Virus record (IMG/VR): IMGVR_UViG_3300044513_002212
Coordinates: 1 to 63,349 of that record
DNA: 63,349 bases
Reading direction: 5' to 3' (one strand)
Source of the DNA: a virus
Taxonomy: Duplodnaviria > Caudoviricetes
Below are positions 7,160 to 17,366 of the stretch, one piece after another. The stretch's first letter is position 1; every line of letters starts with the position of its first letter. The notes beneath the pieces are model-generated. The model was given only the letters and a program-made list of their open reading frames with translations. It searched no databases and was not told where the DNA came from. Both the position numbers and the translations under genes were made by a program.

Positions 7160-7747
7160 ATGGAACCAGCATATTCAGACTTTATAGGCGTATATAAAGA
7201 CGCTATCAATCCTGATCTGTGTGATTGGCTGGTTAACTATATGGATAAATCACAATACGTGCTTTCTCGTAATAGTCTTCACGTTCAGGACAAACAGATT
7301 TGTTTAGATTCTTTTTCTCCTAGTGAAGCCCAAGACTTGATGGACGGCGTTAATGCTTGTCTTATATATTATACGAAAAATTATCCATATCTAACTAACT
7401 TTAATTATGTAAGTTCTCTTACGTTACTTCAAAAGACAAATCCAACGGAAGGATATCATATCTTTCATGGTGAAAACTTAAATTGGAATGCATCTGACAG
7501 GACTATGGCTTGGATGGTGTATTTAAATGATGTCAAAGAAGGTGGTGAAACGGAATTTTTATATCAAGGTATAAAAGTAAAGCCTGAAAAGGGAAAGGTA
7601 GTTATATGGCCTGGATCTTATACACATATCCACAGAGGTAATCCTCCTGGATCACCAAAATATATTGCTACTGGATGGTATCAATGTGACATTGGATTGG
7701 ATCAGTTAAGAGTTAGAGCTCATGGAATAGAACTACCAGAAGAATAA
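7160..7747 (+). CDS. 2OG-Fe(II) oxygenase (prolyl-4-hydroxylase-like)
   Basis: GYHIFHGE, WMVYLNDV.EGGETEF, WP...THIHRGNPP..KYIATGW. Confidence 0.85.
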   Translation: MEPAYSDFIGVYKDAINPDLCDWLVNYMDKSQYVLSRNSLHVQDKQICLDSFSPSEAQDLMDGVNACLIYYTKNYPYLTNFNYVSSLTLLQKTNPTEGYHIFHGENLNWNASDRTMAWMVYLNDVKEGGETEFLYQGIKVKPEKGKVVIWPGSYTHIHRGNPPGSPKYIATGWYQCDIGLDQLRVRAHGIELPEE

Positions 7748-7815
7748 TCTGTATGGGTATTGTCAAAATACCCTTTTTTTATTATAATAAATACAACGCA
7801 GTAAACAATTAGACT

Positions 7816-8856
7816 ATGGCAAATAGTAAGACTGCACTCGTTCTGGGTGCTGGTGGTTTCATTGGAAGTCACATGGTAAAGCGTCTTCGTTCGGAAGGAT
7901 ACTGGGTTCGTGGAGTGGATATTAAGTATCCCGAGTTCAGTATTTCCGATGCTGATGACTTTGTTCAAGCTGACCTGAGAGATGCTGTTAGAGTCAAAGA
8001 ACTTATCGTCGCTCCTGATGGCGAATCGTTTGATGAGATCTATCAGTTTGCTGCAGACATGGGTGGAGCTGGTTACATCTTTACAGATGAACACTCTGCT
8101 GACATTATGCATAACTCTGCATCCATTAACCTGAACGTATTGGATGCCGTTAGAGATTTTAATGAGTCTAATAATGTGAACGCAACGAAGATCTTCTACA
8201 GTTCTTCTGCTTGCATGTATCCAGAACACAACCAATTAGATCCTGACAATCCTGACTGCCGTGAAGAATCCGCCTACCCCGCTAATCCTGACTCCGAGTA
8301 TGGATGGGAGAAACTATTCTCTGAACGTCTCTTCCTTGCTTACAATCGTAATTATGGGATCCCTGTTCGTGTTGCTAGGTATCACAATATCTTTGGACCA
8401 GAAGGCACCTGGGATGGAGGAAAGGAGAAGGCTCCAGCTGCAATCTGCCGTAAGGTCGCTCTCCTCCCAGAGACGGGTGGATCCATCGAGGTGTGGGGAG
8501 ACGGCCTACAAACTCGTTCCTTCCTGTTCATTAATGAATGCATTGAAGCGACTCGACGACTGATGGACGGAGAGTTCATGGGACCAGTGAATATTGGTTC
8601 TGAGGAAATGGTAACAATTAATCAGTTGGTGGAGACAGCCGCTAAAGTATCTGGTAAAGTGGTACAGAAACGTCACAAACTAGATGCACCTCTTGGTGTT
8701 CGTGGTCGCAACTCTAACAACGATCTCATCCGTGAGAAACTCGGTTGGGATTATTCTCAATCTCTGGAGGAAGGCATTCGTATTACCTATGCCTGGATCT
8801 CTGAACAAATTAAATCCCGTAAAGAATCTGAAACTAAGGAACTTGTAAATGCCTAA
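7816..8856 (+). CDS. NAD-dependent epimerase, GDP-mannose 3,5-epimerase-like
   Basis: GAGGFIG, AADMGGAGYI, YSSSACMYP, YGWEK, EKAPAAICRK, GVRGRNSNN. Confidence 0.88.
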   Translation: MANSKTALVLGAGGFIGSHMVKRLRSEGYWVRGVDIKYPEFSISDADDFVQADLRDAVRVKELIVAPDGESFDEIYQFAADMGGAGYIFTDEHSADIMHNSASINLNVLDAVRDFNESNNVNATKIFYSSSACMYPEHNQLDPDNPDCREESAYPANPDSEYGWEKLFSERLFLAYNRNYGIPVRVARYHNIFGPEGTWDGGKEKAPAAICRKVALLPETGGSIEVWGDGLQTRSFLFINECIEATRRLMDGEFMGPVNIGSEEMVTINQLVETAAKVSGKVVQKRHKLDAPLGVRGRNSNNDLIREKLGWDYSQSLEEGIRITYAWISEQIKSRKESETKELVNA

Positions 8857-9445
8857 TTCTACATTGACTAAAAAGACCATTCGAATTGATAAGGATGCAG
8901 TTCGGGCACTAGATGTGTCTGCACTTGAGCAACAATCTATCAACCCTAATGACTGGTTGACTGCAGGACAGAGCGAGTATCGTCTCTATGCATGGCTCTC
9001 CAGTCAGTTTGATAATACCACCATCCTTGATGTTGGAACCCGTACAGGTGGTTCTGCACTTGCTCTTTCTTACAACGATAAGAACCAAGTCATCAGTTAT
9101 GATCTGGTTGAACAGGGCGCTAGCTCTTCTATCAAGAAAGAGAACATCACTTTCAAGATTCAAGACTTCCGTGAGGACGACACTCTTGATTGGGATAACA
9201 TCTCTATCATCATGATTGACGTTGATCCTCATGATGGTGTTCAGGAAGTTGAGATGATGGAATTCCTGAATGAGAAGGGTTGGAAAGGTATCATGCTTCT
9301 GGATGATATTGGTCCTGGTTGGCCTGAAGTTCAGGACATGTGGGATGCAATTGAAGAACCCAAGATCGATGTGACTCCAGTTGGTCACATGAGTGGTACT
9401 GGACTTGTAAACTTTGGTTCTAAGCACGATATTGATTGGGCATGA
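8849..9445 (+). CDS. Class I SAM-dependent methyltransferase
   Basis: ILDVGTRTGGS motif I; IMIDVDPHDG; LLDDI. Confidence 0.75.
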   Translation: MPNSTLTKKTIRIDKDAVRALDVSALEQQSINPNDWLTAGQSEYRLYAWLSSQFDNTTILDVGTRTGGSALALSYNDKNQVISYDLVEQGASSSIKKENITFKIQDFREDDTLDWDNISIIMIDVDPHDGVQEVEMMEFLNEKGWKGIMLLDDIGPGWPEVQDMWDAIEEPKIDVTPVGHMSGTGLVNFGSKHDIDWA

Positions 9446-10290
9446 AAATTACCATTTTAGGATCTGCTGGTCAGGTAGGTGCTTACCTGACTCAGTATTT
9501 GAAAGCAAAAGGACATGATGTAGTTGAGTTTGATGTTGCCAATGCAGATTGGCAAGACATGACTCGTATTCCCAATGTGAATCTTCGTGATGCACTTGTT
9601 GATACTGACTTCTGTTTCTTCCTTGCTTTTGATGTTGGTGGTTCTCATTACCTGAAGAAGTACCAACACACCTTCAACTTCATTAATAATAATGCCAGGT
9701 TGATGGCAAATGCATTCCAGTATCTTGAAGAGTTCAAGACTCCGTTTGTGTTTGCATCTTCTCAGATGAGTAGCATGAGTTACTCTCCTTACGGTGTGAT
9801 GAAGCGAGTTGGTGAACTATATACTGAGTCGCTTGGTGGCAAGATTGTTAAGTTCTGGAACGTATATGGTATTGAGAATGACATGGAGAAAGCCCACGTC
9901 ATTACAGACTTTATCGTAAAGGGATTTAGGAACGGTGTCATCGACATGATGACCGATGGTACAGAACAACGAGAGTTTCTCTACGCAGAAGATTGCTGTG
10001 AGGCTCTTGAGGCAGTCATGGAAAATTACGATGACTTCACCTCTTTTGACCCTCTTCATATTACTTCTTTTGTCAGTACAAGCATTCTGGAAGTTGGAAA
10101 GATTATCCAAGATCTATTTGCTGCTGATGGTCAGGAGGTCAAGGTTGTACCTGCGGACTCCAAGGACACTGTTCAGAAAGATGCTCGCAACCAAGCAGAT
10201 ACCTTTATTACTAAGTGGTGGAAACCAAAGACTAGTATCGAACAAGGTATCGCAAACGTATACCGAGAGATGAAACATTATCATGAGTGA
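9442..10290 (+). CDS. NAD-dependent epimerase/dehydratase
   Basis: GSAGQVG, FASS, YGVMK (YxxxK), NVYG, REFLYAEDC. Confidence 0.85.
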   Translation: MKITILGSAGQVGAYLTQYLKAKGHDVVEFDVANADWQDMTRIPNVNLRDALVDTDFCFFLAFDVGGSHYLKKYQHTFNFINNNARLMANAFQYLEEFKTPFVFASSQMSSMSYSPYGVMKRVGELYTESLGGKIVKFWNVYGIENDMEKAHVITDFIVKGFRNGVIDMMTDGTEQREFLYAEDCCEALEAVMENYDDFTSFDPLHITSFVSTSILEVGKIIQDLFAADGQEVKVVPADSKDTVQKDARNQADTFITKWWKPKTSIEQGIANVYREMKHYHE

Positions 10291-11239
10291 TATTAAAGAC
10301 ACTCTTGCAAAAGCAAGTCAAAGTCCTATGGGTATGGAACTTCCTATCCTAGGACCAGAAAACAAGTTTCCAATTAACTTGATTTGTAATGACTCTCTAG
10401 AACCATCTACCTCTGCTAATAACAGATCTGTCTATACCAGATGGGTACATGATGGTTCTGGACTTTGTAACCTTTATGTAAATCATTTTGCTCTTAAGGC
10501 TTTGGAGGATACCAGTGATCTTCCAAAGTTTATTTGGTTACTAGAGTCTAGGGAGATCATTCCTGATCAGTACAAATTCATTGAGGATAACTATGATTTT
10601 GTTGCTAGTCGTGTGGATGGTATCTTTACTTGTGATCAAAGACTCACTACTGAGGCGGGTCCTGACGGTAAATTTCTTTATTGCCTCTCTAATGCTGCTC
10701 CTTGGGTCATGGACAGAGACCTCTATCCCAAGTCTAAGCTCGTCTCAATGGTCGCATCTAACAAAGGATACACTCTGGGACATCAACGTCGCCTCAAAGT
10801 AGTACAGGAATACTGGAATAAGTTTGGTGGCGATGATCTATTTGGTTGGGGACTTCCTCAGGAACTTCCTCTAAAAGAAAAGTCCAGAGCACTTAGAGAT
10901 TACATGTTCTCCTTCGCTGTTGAGAACGCAAACTATCCAACCTACTTCACAGAAAAACTAACTGATTGTTTCGCTTGTGGAACTATCCCTGTATACTATG
11001 GTACTGCAGGAGTTGCACAGTATTTCAATCATGAAGGTATCATTTTCCTTGATCAAAATGAACCTTGGGAAAACATTCCTTGGGACAAGTTGACTCCAGA
11101 ATATTATGAGTCAAAGAAAGATGCTATTGAAGATAACTTCAATATCGCTAAGGAGATGAGAACCGCAGAAGACTATATGTACAAGAACTACCTAGTTCAA
11201 TTAGATCCACTTAGAAATCAGAGGCCTGTAACAGTATGA
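10283..11239 (+). CDS. Glycosyltransferase family 10-like (fucosyltransferase)
   Basis: YMFSFAVEN...YFTEKLTDCFACGTIPVYYG. Confidence 0.8.
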   Translation: MSDIKDTLAKASQSPMGMELPILGPENKFPINLICNDSLEPSTSANNRSVYTRWVHDGSGLCNLYVNHFALKALEDTSDLPKFIWLLESREIIPDQYKFIEDNYDFVASRVDGIFTCDQRLTTEAGPDGKFLYCLSNAAPWVMDRDLYPKSKLVSMVASNKGYTLGHQRRLKVVQEYWNKFGGDDLFGWGLPQELPLKEKSRALRDYMFSFAVENANYPTYFTEKLTDCFACGTIPVYYGTAGVAQYFNHEGIIFLDQNEPWENIPWDKLTPEYYESKKDAIEDNFNIAKEMRTAEDYMYKNYLVQLDPLRNQRPVTV

Positions 11240-12036
11240 CGACCGCAGTACAAGACCGTAAAGGATGGGAAGCAGAAACTCAGATTGCAGATGAGTATAT
11301 TGCAGCCTGTATTGAAGCAGTAGAGGACGATCAAGCCTTTGCTAACTTCAAAAGTAATCCTAAGTATAAGACTATTCTAGAACATGTCCTCAAGTCTCAG
11401 GGTGAACAGTACCTGAACATGGCTGTTGACATGAATGAGACTGCACTCTTTGGTAACCTTGCTGGGTTCAAAGAGAATGATAAGTATGGCAATCCAGAAG
11501 TTCATATGTACTCTGGTGTTGGAATGATTTCCCCTACAACTGCCAGATATATCAAGAACACTTTCGAGATCTCTTTCCTTTGTAGTGATGCAGAGATTGG
11601 TCGTATTGTGGAAGTTGGTGGTGGATATGGTGGACTCTGTAAGGTTCTTAGCACCGTTTGTGAGTTCGATGAGTACATTCTCATTGACCTGCCCGAGGTA
11701 AGTGCTCTGCAACGAAAGTACATAGATCTGTTCCCCGAGATCAAAGATAAGGTAAAATGTATTCCATGCACTGAGTATGAAGAGATTAAGGACATTGATC
11801 TCTTCATTAGCAACTATGCTTTATCTGAGTGTAATGTAGAGACCCAGATGGAATACTATGATAAATTGGTCGCCAATTCTAAGTTTGCTTACATTATCTA
11901 CAATCTTGTCAATTTTAATGATTTCTACTATAATGATTTCGTAGAAAAGGTGAAAGAAAATTACACCTTTGACGTAGGTAAAGACTACGAAAACACTGTT
12001 ATCCTCGCCACACGTAAAGATGAATCGAATCAGTGA
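11236..12036 (+). CDS. Putative sugar O-methyltransferase
   Basis: IVEVGGGYGG, YILIDLPEV, DLFISNYALSE. Confidence 0.78.
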   Translation: MTTAVQDRKGWEAETQIADEYIAACIEAVEDDQAFANFKSNPKYKTILEHVLKSQGEQYLNMAVDMNETALFGNLAGFKENDKYGNPEVHMYSGVGMISPTTARYIKNTFEISFLCSDAEIGRIVEVGGGYGGLCKVLSTVCEFDEYILIDLPEVSALQRKYIDLFPEIKDKVKCIPCTEYEEIKDIDLFISNYALSECNVETQMEYYDKLVANSKFAYIIYNLVNFNDFYYNDFVEKVKENYTFDVGKDYENTVILATRKDESNQ

Positions 12037-12781
12037 TTATCTCAAAGTAACTTGCGATATTACTCTTTTTCTTTGTAAGTATTGTAATGATAACAATATT
12101 GACTCTCTAGTTATTGGAGTGTCTGGAGGTATTGACTCCGCTGTTACCTCTATTCTTGCAGCAAAGACAGGTCTTCCTGTCTATGCAATGGGTATGCCAC
12201 TCAATCAGAGTCCAGAACAGGAAACTCTTTCTGACGCTCATCTATTCTGGTTGGAAAAGAACTATCCAAACGTCACAGTTCTCAAGACAGATCTTACGAA
12301 GCCCTTTAATAAGTTTATCAAACAACTTACGGCTGATCTTGGAGTAGAATACACTATCAATGAGATGGCTAGGGCAAATAGCAAGTCTCGTATGAGAATG
12401 CTGACCCTATATCAGGTTGCTGCATCTGTTAATGGTATTGTTGTTGGTACTGGTAACAAGGTAGAAGATTATGGAGTCGGTTTTTATACTAAGTATGGTG
12501 ACGGTGGGGTTGACATTGCTCCAATTGCTGACCTTTATAAGACAGAAGTCCGAGAACTCGGACGACACATCGGAGTAATTCCTGAAATCATTAATGCAAA
12601 ACCCACTGATGGTCTGTGGGAAGATGGTCGTACTGATGAGGATCAGATTGGTGCATCTTATGAAGACCTAGAGTATGCCATGGAACATGGCACTGGACCT
12701 GCAGTTAGAATCTTGCATGACTTCAACTGTAAGAACAAACATAAAATGAATCCCATTCCTACTTTTAAACTGGAGGTATAA
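12020..12781 (+). CDS. nadE: NH3-dependent NAD+ synthetase
   Basis: GVSGGIDS, N.KSRMRM, GTGNKVE, FYTKYGDGGVDIAPIADLYKTEV, PTDGLW...TDE. Confidence 0.92.
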   Translation: MNRISDYLKVTCDITLFLCKYCNDNNIDSLVIGVSGGIDSAVTSILAAKTGLPVYAMGMPLNQSPEQETLSDAHLFWLEKNYPNVTVLKTDLTKPFNKFIKQLTADLGVEYTINEMARANSKSRMRMLTLYQVAASVNGIVVGTGNKVEDYGVGFYTKYGDGGVDIAPIADLYKTEVRELGRHIGVIPEIINAKPTDGLWEDGRTDEDQIGASYEDLEYAMEHGTGPAVRILHDFNCKNKHKMNPIPTFKLEV

Positions 12782-13932
12782 TGAACATCGGTGTTATCGG
12801 AGCAGGACGACTTGGTATCTGTTTTGCTCTCCTTTGTGAGGCTGCAGGACATCATGTCCAATGTTCTGACGTAAACAGGCATTACGTTCAAGATCTCAAT
12901 AACAAAGAGATTTTTTCTAATGAACCTGAGGTAGAAGACCTTTTAATGCGATCGGAGAATCTCATTGCTACTGTTAGTAACAGGGATGTTATTCGTAACT
13001 CCGATATTATCTTCACCTTCGTTCCTACTCCGTCTCTTGAAGATGGTTCGTATGATGTTCAGTATGTCGAACAGGTTGTACAAGACCTAGAAGACTCTCC
13101 TAACCTTGATGGCAAGATCTTTGTTATCGGTTGTACTACTAATCCTGGATACTCCGATACAGTTCAGGAGAAATTGAACGACAGGGGTCTTAGAGTTTTT
13201 TACAATCCAGAGTTTATTGCTCAGGGTTCCATCCTCAAAGACATGCGTAATGCAGACATGATTCTTTGTGGTGGTGATGATCAAGAAGGATTTGATATTA
13301 TCGAAGGTATCTTTGATGATATTCAAGATGTTGATGTTCATTTCTACCCAATGTCTCGCACAGCCGCAGAGATTACTAAGATTGGTGTGAACTGTTTCTT
13401 GACCTACAAGATTAGTTACGCAAACATGATGGGTCAGATTCTCTACAATGCTGGTTGTGGTGATGAGATTGATAACGTTCTCTCTGCCGTTGGAGACGAC
13501 ACCAGAGTCGGGTCTAAATACTTGCGTTACGGATTAGGCTTCGGTGGCCCTTGTCTGCCCCGAGACAACCGTGCATTGGGACACTACGCTAATCGCGTGG
13601 GACTAGAATATAGTCTTCCCGATGTTACGGATAAGTTCAACGATGCACATGCAAATTTCATTGCTAACTATTGCGTCGAACAGAACGTAGATAAACTTCC
13701 TTTCTTTATTCAAAGCATTTGTTTTAAGAAAGGAACTGATATGGTAGTTGAAAGTCCTAGACTTCGACTGGTTGAAGATCTACTGAAGAAAGGTTATACT
13801 GTTTATGTTGAGGAAATTGATGATGTCGTTTCCCAATGTGAAGATGACTTGATTGATGCCTACGGTGACAATATTGTTTTCGTTACTAACAAGAGTGAAA
13901 TTCATGAACCTGTTTGGAGGATAGATCTTTGA
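12781..13932 (+). CDS. UDP-glucose/GDP-mannose 6-dehydrogenase family protein
   Basis: GAGRLG, FVPTP, YNPEF, GFGGPCLPRD. Confidence 0.88.
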   Translation: MNIGVIGAGRLGICFALLCEAAGHHVQCSDVNRHYVQDLNNKEIFSNEPEVEDLLMRSENLIATVSNRDVIRNSDIIFTFVPTPSLEDGSYDVQYVEQVVQDLEDSPNLDGKIFVIGCTTNPGYSDTVQEKLNDRGLRVFYNPEFIAQGSILKDMRNADMILCGGDDQEGFDIIEGIFDDIQDVDVHFYPMSRTAAEITKIGVNCFLTYKISYANMMGQILYNAGCGDEIDNVLSAVGDDTRVGSKYLRYGLGFGGPCLPRDNRALGHYANRVGLEYSLPDVTDKFNDAHANFIANYCVEQNVDKLPFFIQSICFKKGTDMVVESPRLRLVEDLLKKGYTVYVEEIDDVVSQCEDDLIDAYGDNIVFVTNKSEIHEPVWRIDL

Positions 13933-14789
13933 CGATTAGTTATAATCGCCTTGGGAGTAATGGGCGACTGGGAAATCAAATGTTCCAGTACGCCTCTCTC
14001 CGAGGTATTGCAGCTTATAATGGTTTCCCGTGGATGATTCCACCCGAAGAACATAACCATAAAGATAACTATGGATTGTTTGAAACCTTTGAAATGACTC
14101 ACTGTAAACCCGAGAACCTTGGGTTTAATAGTGCAATGACAATTCAAGAACAAACTCACGCCTTTGATGAGAGTCTTTTTTATTGCACTGACGGCGTGAA
14201 TCTAGATGGTTATATGCAGACCGAGAACTACTTTGTTCACATTGCAGACCAGATCCATGAAGACTTCACGTTTAGAGAAGACTATCTCACTCCTTGTAAG
14301 GAGTACATTGATAGTTTACATGGCTCTCCTATTTTCCTGCATATTCGCCAGTCTGACAACATCGGCAGAGAGGAATATCACCCCATCCTCCCAATTACGT
14401 ATTTTGAAGATGCGTTAAAAGAGTTTCCTGAAGATACTCCTTGTTTTGTCTTTACTGATGATCTGGAGTGGTGTAAGAATGAACCATTCTTCAAGCAGGA
14501 TAGGTTCATGTTCAATGATAATCCCGAAAGGTATCAGTATCAGACCATTGATGGTACAGGTAAGATGCAGAATACTCTTCTGCCTCAGGTTGACCTGTGT
14601 CTGATGAGTCTCTGTAGCGGTGCAATCATTGCTAACTCTTCCTTCTCTTGGTGGGGTGCATGGTTACAGAAAGGTCGTGGGAAAGTAGTAGCACCTAATC
14701 CAGAGAAGTGGTTTGGTTCTGCTATGTCTAATCTTGACACTAGTCAAATCATACCCGCATATTGGGAAACTTTAGATTGGAGTAAATAA
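13929..14789 (+). CDS. Glycosyltransferase family 11 (alpha-1,2-fucosyltransferase-like)
   Basis: GRLGNQMFQYA, HIR, DLCLMS, IIANSSFSWWGAWL. Confidence 0.88.
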   Translation: MTISYNRLGSNGRLGNQMFQYASLRGIAAYNGFPWMIPPEEHNHKDNYGLFETFEMTHCKPENLGFNSAMTIQEQTHAFDESLFYCTDGVNLDGYMQTENYFVHIADQIHEDFTFREDYLTPCKEYIDSLHGSPIFLHIRQSDNIGREEYHPILPITYFEDALKEFPEDTPCFVFTDDLEWCKNEPFFKQDRFMFNDNPERYQYQTIDGTGKMQNTLLPQVDLCLMSLCSGAIIANSSFSWWGAWLQKGRGKVVAPNPEKWFGSAMSNLDTSQIIPAYWETLDWSK

Positions 14790-14792
14790 TAG

Positions 14793-15689
14793 ATGTCTAT
14801 TTCATTTCAAGGGCTCGGTAACGAAGGTCGTCTGGGAAACCAGATGTTTCAGTATGCTTTTGTTCGTGGCGTTGCCGCTAATCGTGGATTCGATTGGGTC
14901 ATTCCTGGTCCAGCCGCAGATCGATTAGATAACTACGGCCTATTTGATTGTTTTGAACTCACCAACTGTGACCTTAGTAAAAATACTGGGGAACCTTTCT
15001 TTGCTAAGAGGGTTGAGTATCGTGACATGCACTTCAACGAACAGATTTTCAATGAATGCGAAGACAACACGAACTTCTCAGGCAACTTCCAAACAGAAAA
15101 GTATTTCGAGGCCATCGCCTCGTCTATCCGTGAGGATTTCACTTTTAAGAAGGCGTATTCGGAGCCGTGTAAAGACTTTATTGATTCTCTTGGTGGACGT
15201 GATGAGTGCATCTTTCTGCACGTTCGTCGCGGTTCTCCAAATCTTACTGGGCGCCGAGGGGAGAAATGGTCTTATCAGATGGTGCAAGAGTACCACCCAC
15301 TCTGTAAAGCTGAATATTATCTTGAAGCTTTAAAGATGTTCCCAGACGACAAGAAAGTCGTTGTTGTTTCTGATACTGTTGATTGGTGCAAGGAACAGTC
15401 TTGGTTGCAGGGTGATCGATTCTTCTTCTCCGATGCTTCTTATGAAGAGTTCGGAGACGGTGCCTCAGTCCCCTACATTGACCTTTGTCTCATGAGTATG
15501 TGTGGCGGTGCGATTATCGCTAACTCCTCTCTGAGTTGGTGGGGCGCATGGTTGCAGGGTCTTGACGTTAAGGTGGTCGCTCCCGATCCCTGGTTCGGTC
15601 CTGCATACGCTCACTACAATATGAAAGACATGATCCCTGAAAGATGGGTGAAGGTACACAATGACCCAACCCCAGTGACTCCAGAATGA
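14793..15689 (+). CDS. Glycosyltransferase family 11
   Basis: GRLGNQMFQYA, HVRRG, IIANSSLSWWGAWL. Confidence 0.9.
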   Translation: MSISFQGLGNEGRLGNQMFQYAFVRGVAANRGFDWVIPGPAADRLDNYGLFDCFELTNCDLSKNTGEPFFAKRVEYRDMHFNEQIFNECEDNTNFSGNFQTEKYFEAIASSIREDFTFKKAYSEPCKDFIDSLGGRDECIFLHVRRGSPNLTGRRGEKWSYQMVQEYHPLCKAEYYLEALKMFPDDKKVVVVSDTVDWCKEQSWLQGDRFFFSDASYEEFGDGASVPYIDLCLMSMCGGAIIANSSLSWWGAWLQGLDVKVVAPDPWFGPAYAHYNMKDMIPERWVKVHNDPTPVTPE

Positions 15690-16522
15690 AAGATTTAACC
15701 TATCTCCTGCCTTGTAGAATTGAGACGGACGATCGTCTCCGTAATGTAATTACATCAGTAACGTATCTACTTAAGAACTTTCCAGAGGCAAAAGTTCTAA
15801 TCAAAGAAGTAGATACTACTTCTAACTTCAAAGAGTATGCTCTTCCTCAAATTAAAAAGTATGTTGGTGACACTAGTCAACTCAAACATATTTTTGAGGA
15901 GAGTGAGGAGAAGTTCTTTCATAAGACTAGAATTCTTAATGATCTCTGTATAGCTGCAGACACTCCCATCGTGTATAATCATGATGTGGACGTTGTTGTA
16001 CCAAAGAATAGTCATGAACTTGCATATCATGCCATTACGAAAGAAGGTTCTGATGCTGTTTATCCTTTTGGATGCGGAATTTATCAGTGGGCTGTTAACT
16101 ACGGTGACCAACTGCTAGATAAGTTCCTTTCATCTCATGATGGAAGTGACTTTGACTTTGATGTTCTTTCGAATAACAAAGTTCGTATCCCATCTTCTAT
16201 TGGCTGGGGTCAGATGATCACTAAATCTTGTGAGGTATCTGCTGGTCTCTGGAATGAAGAATTTATTTCTTGGGGAGCGGAAGATTGTGAGTTTTATTAC
16301 CGCCTAAATCTATTTGGATTCAAGGTTGGTAGAGTCATCGATGACATCTATCACTTTGAACATGGTAGAACTTTCAATTCCCACTATCATAATCCTAAGT
16401 TCCAAGACAATGATCGCCTCTGGAACTGGATTCGAAAACAAGACAAAGAAAGTCTTACAAAATACTATTCAACACTTGACTATATCAAACGACGGGGGAA
16501 CGAACTAAATGCTAGCCTTTAA
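15686..16522 (+). CDS. GT-A glycosyltransferase (GT2/GT7C-like)
   Basis: DVD (DxD) motif, WNEEFISWGAED. Confidence 0.75.
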   Translation: MKDLTYLLPCRIETDDRLRNVITSVTYLLKNFPEAKVLIKEVDTTSNFKEYALPQIKKYVGDTSQLKHIFEESEEKFFHKTRILNDLCIAADTPIVYNHDVDVVVPKNSHELAYHAITKEGSDAVYPFGCGIYQWAVNYGDQLLDKFLSSHDGSDFDFDVLSNNKVRIPSSIGWGQMITKSCEVSAGLWNEEFISWGAEDCEFYYRLNLFGFKVGRVIDDIYHFEHGRTFNSHYHNPKFQDNDRLWNWIRKQDKESLTKYYSTLDYIKRRGNELNASL

Positions 16523-17366
16523 TCAGATGGGAAATCTGGGACGACTGGGTAACCAGATGTTCCAGTATGCTGCGGTGAGAGGTATCGCTGCAATGCGTGG
16601 ATATGAATTTGGTATCCCTCCTTTTGAGAGTAATCGTGTAGATAACTATAGTCTCCATAGAGCTTTCACTCTTGGTAATGTTGCTAGAAGCAATCTACAT
16701 ATCCTAGACAATGGACATGCCCCTATCGTTGTGGAAAAACATTTCCATTTCGATGAGGAACTTCATCGTATGTGTCCCAATGATGTTAGTCTGTTTGGAT
16801 TCTTCCAGTCGGAAAGGTACTTTGCTAATATCAAAGATGAAATTAGAGAAGACTTTACATTCCACGACTCAATTCTTAATCCAGTCAAAGAACTTATTAG
16901 TTCCCTGGATGCGGCGCCTCTCTTTCTTCATGTCCGTAGGGGTGATCCTAACCTTGTCGATGCTAGGGGATTTAAGTGGTCGTATACGCAATGTTCGTCA
17001 CAACATCCACCACAACCGTTGGCCTATTACGAGGAAGCTCTGAAGAACTTCCCTAAAGATCAACCTGTAATCATTTGTTCTGACTCTCCTGAGTGGGTTA
17101 AAGAACAAGAGATGTTTGAGGATGATAGGTTCTTGGTTTCTGAGCCCACAGACAAGTACAAGGATGGTTCGTATGAACCCTTTGTGGACCTCTGTATCAT
17201 GAGTCTCTGTAGCGGTGCAATCATTGCCAACTCTTCACTGTCCTGGTGGGGTGCCTGGTTGCAGAACGGTCGTGGTCCTGTTGTTGCACCTAAGGTGTGG
17301 TTTGGTCCAGACTATGCCGATAAGGATACTAAAGATCTCTATTGTGAAGGATGGATCGTAAGTTAA
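16509..17366 (+). CDS. Glycosyltransferase family 11
   Basis: GRLGNQMFQYA, HVRRGD, IIANSSLSWWGAWL. Confidence 0.9.
   Translation: MLAFNQMGNLGRLGNQMFQYAAVRGIAAMRGYEFGIPPFESNRVDNYSLHRAFTLGNVARSNLHILDNGHAPIVVEKHFHFDEELHRMCPNDVSLFGFFQSERYFANIKDEIREDFTFHDSILNPVKELISSLDAAPLFLHVRRGDPNLVDARGFKWSYTQCSSQHPPQPLAYYEEALKNFPKDQPVIICSDSPEWVKEQEMFEDDRFLVSEPTDKYKDGSYEPFVDLCIMSLCSGAIIANSSLSWWGAWLQNGRGPVVAPKVWFGPDYADKDTKDLYCEGWIVS

Noticed and set aside
7816-8856. Ascorbate pathway (GME) supplying the 2OG oxygenases
   Set aside because: No downstream L-galactose pathway genes are visible, and the glycosyltransferase context explains the gene better.
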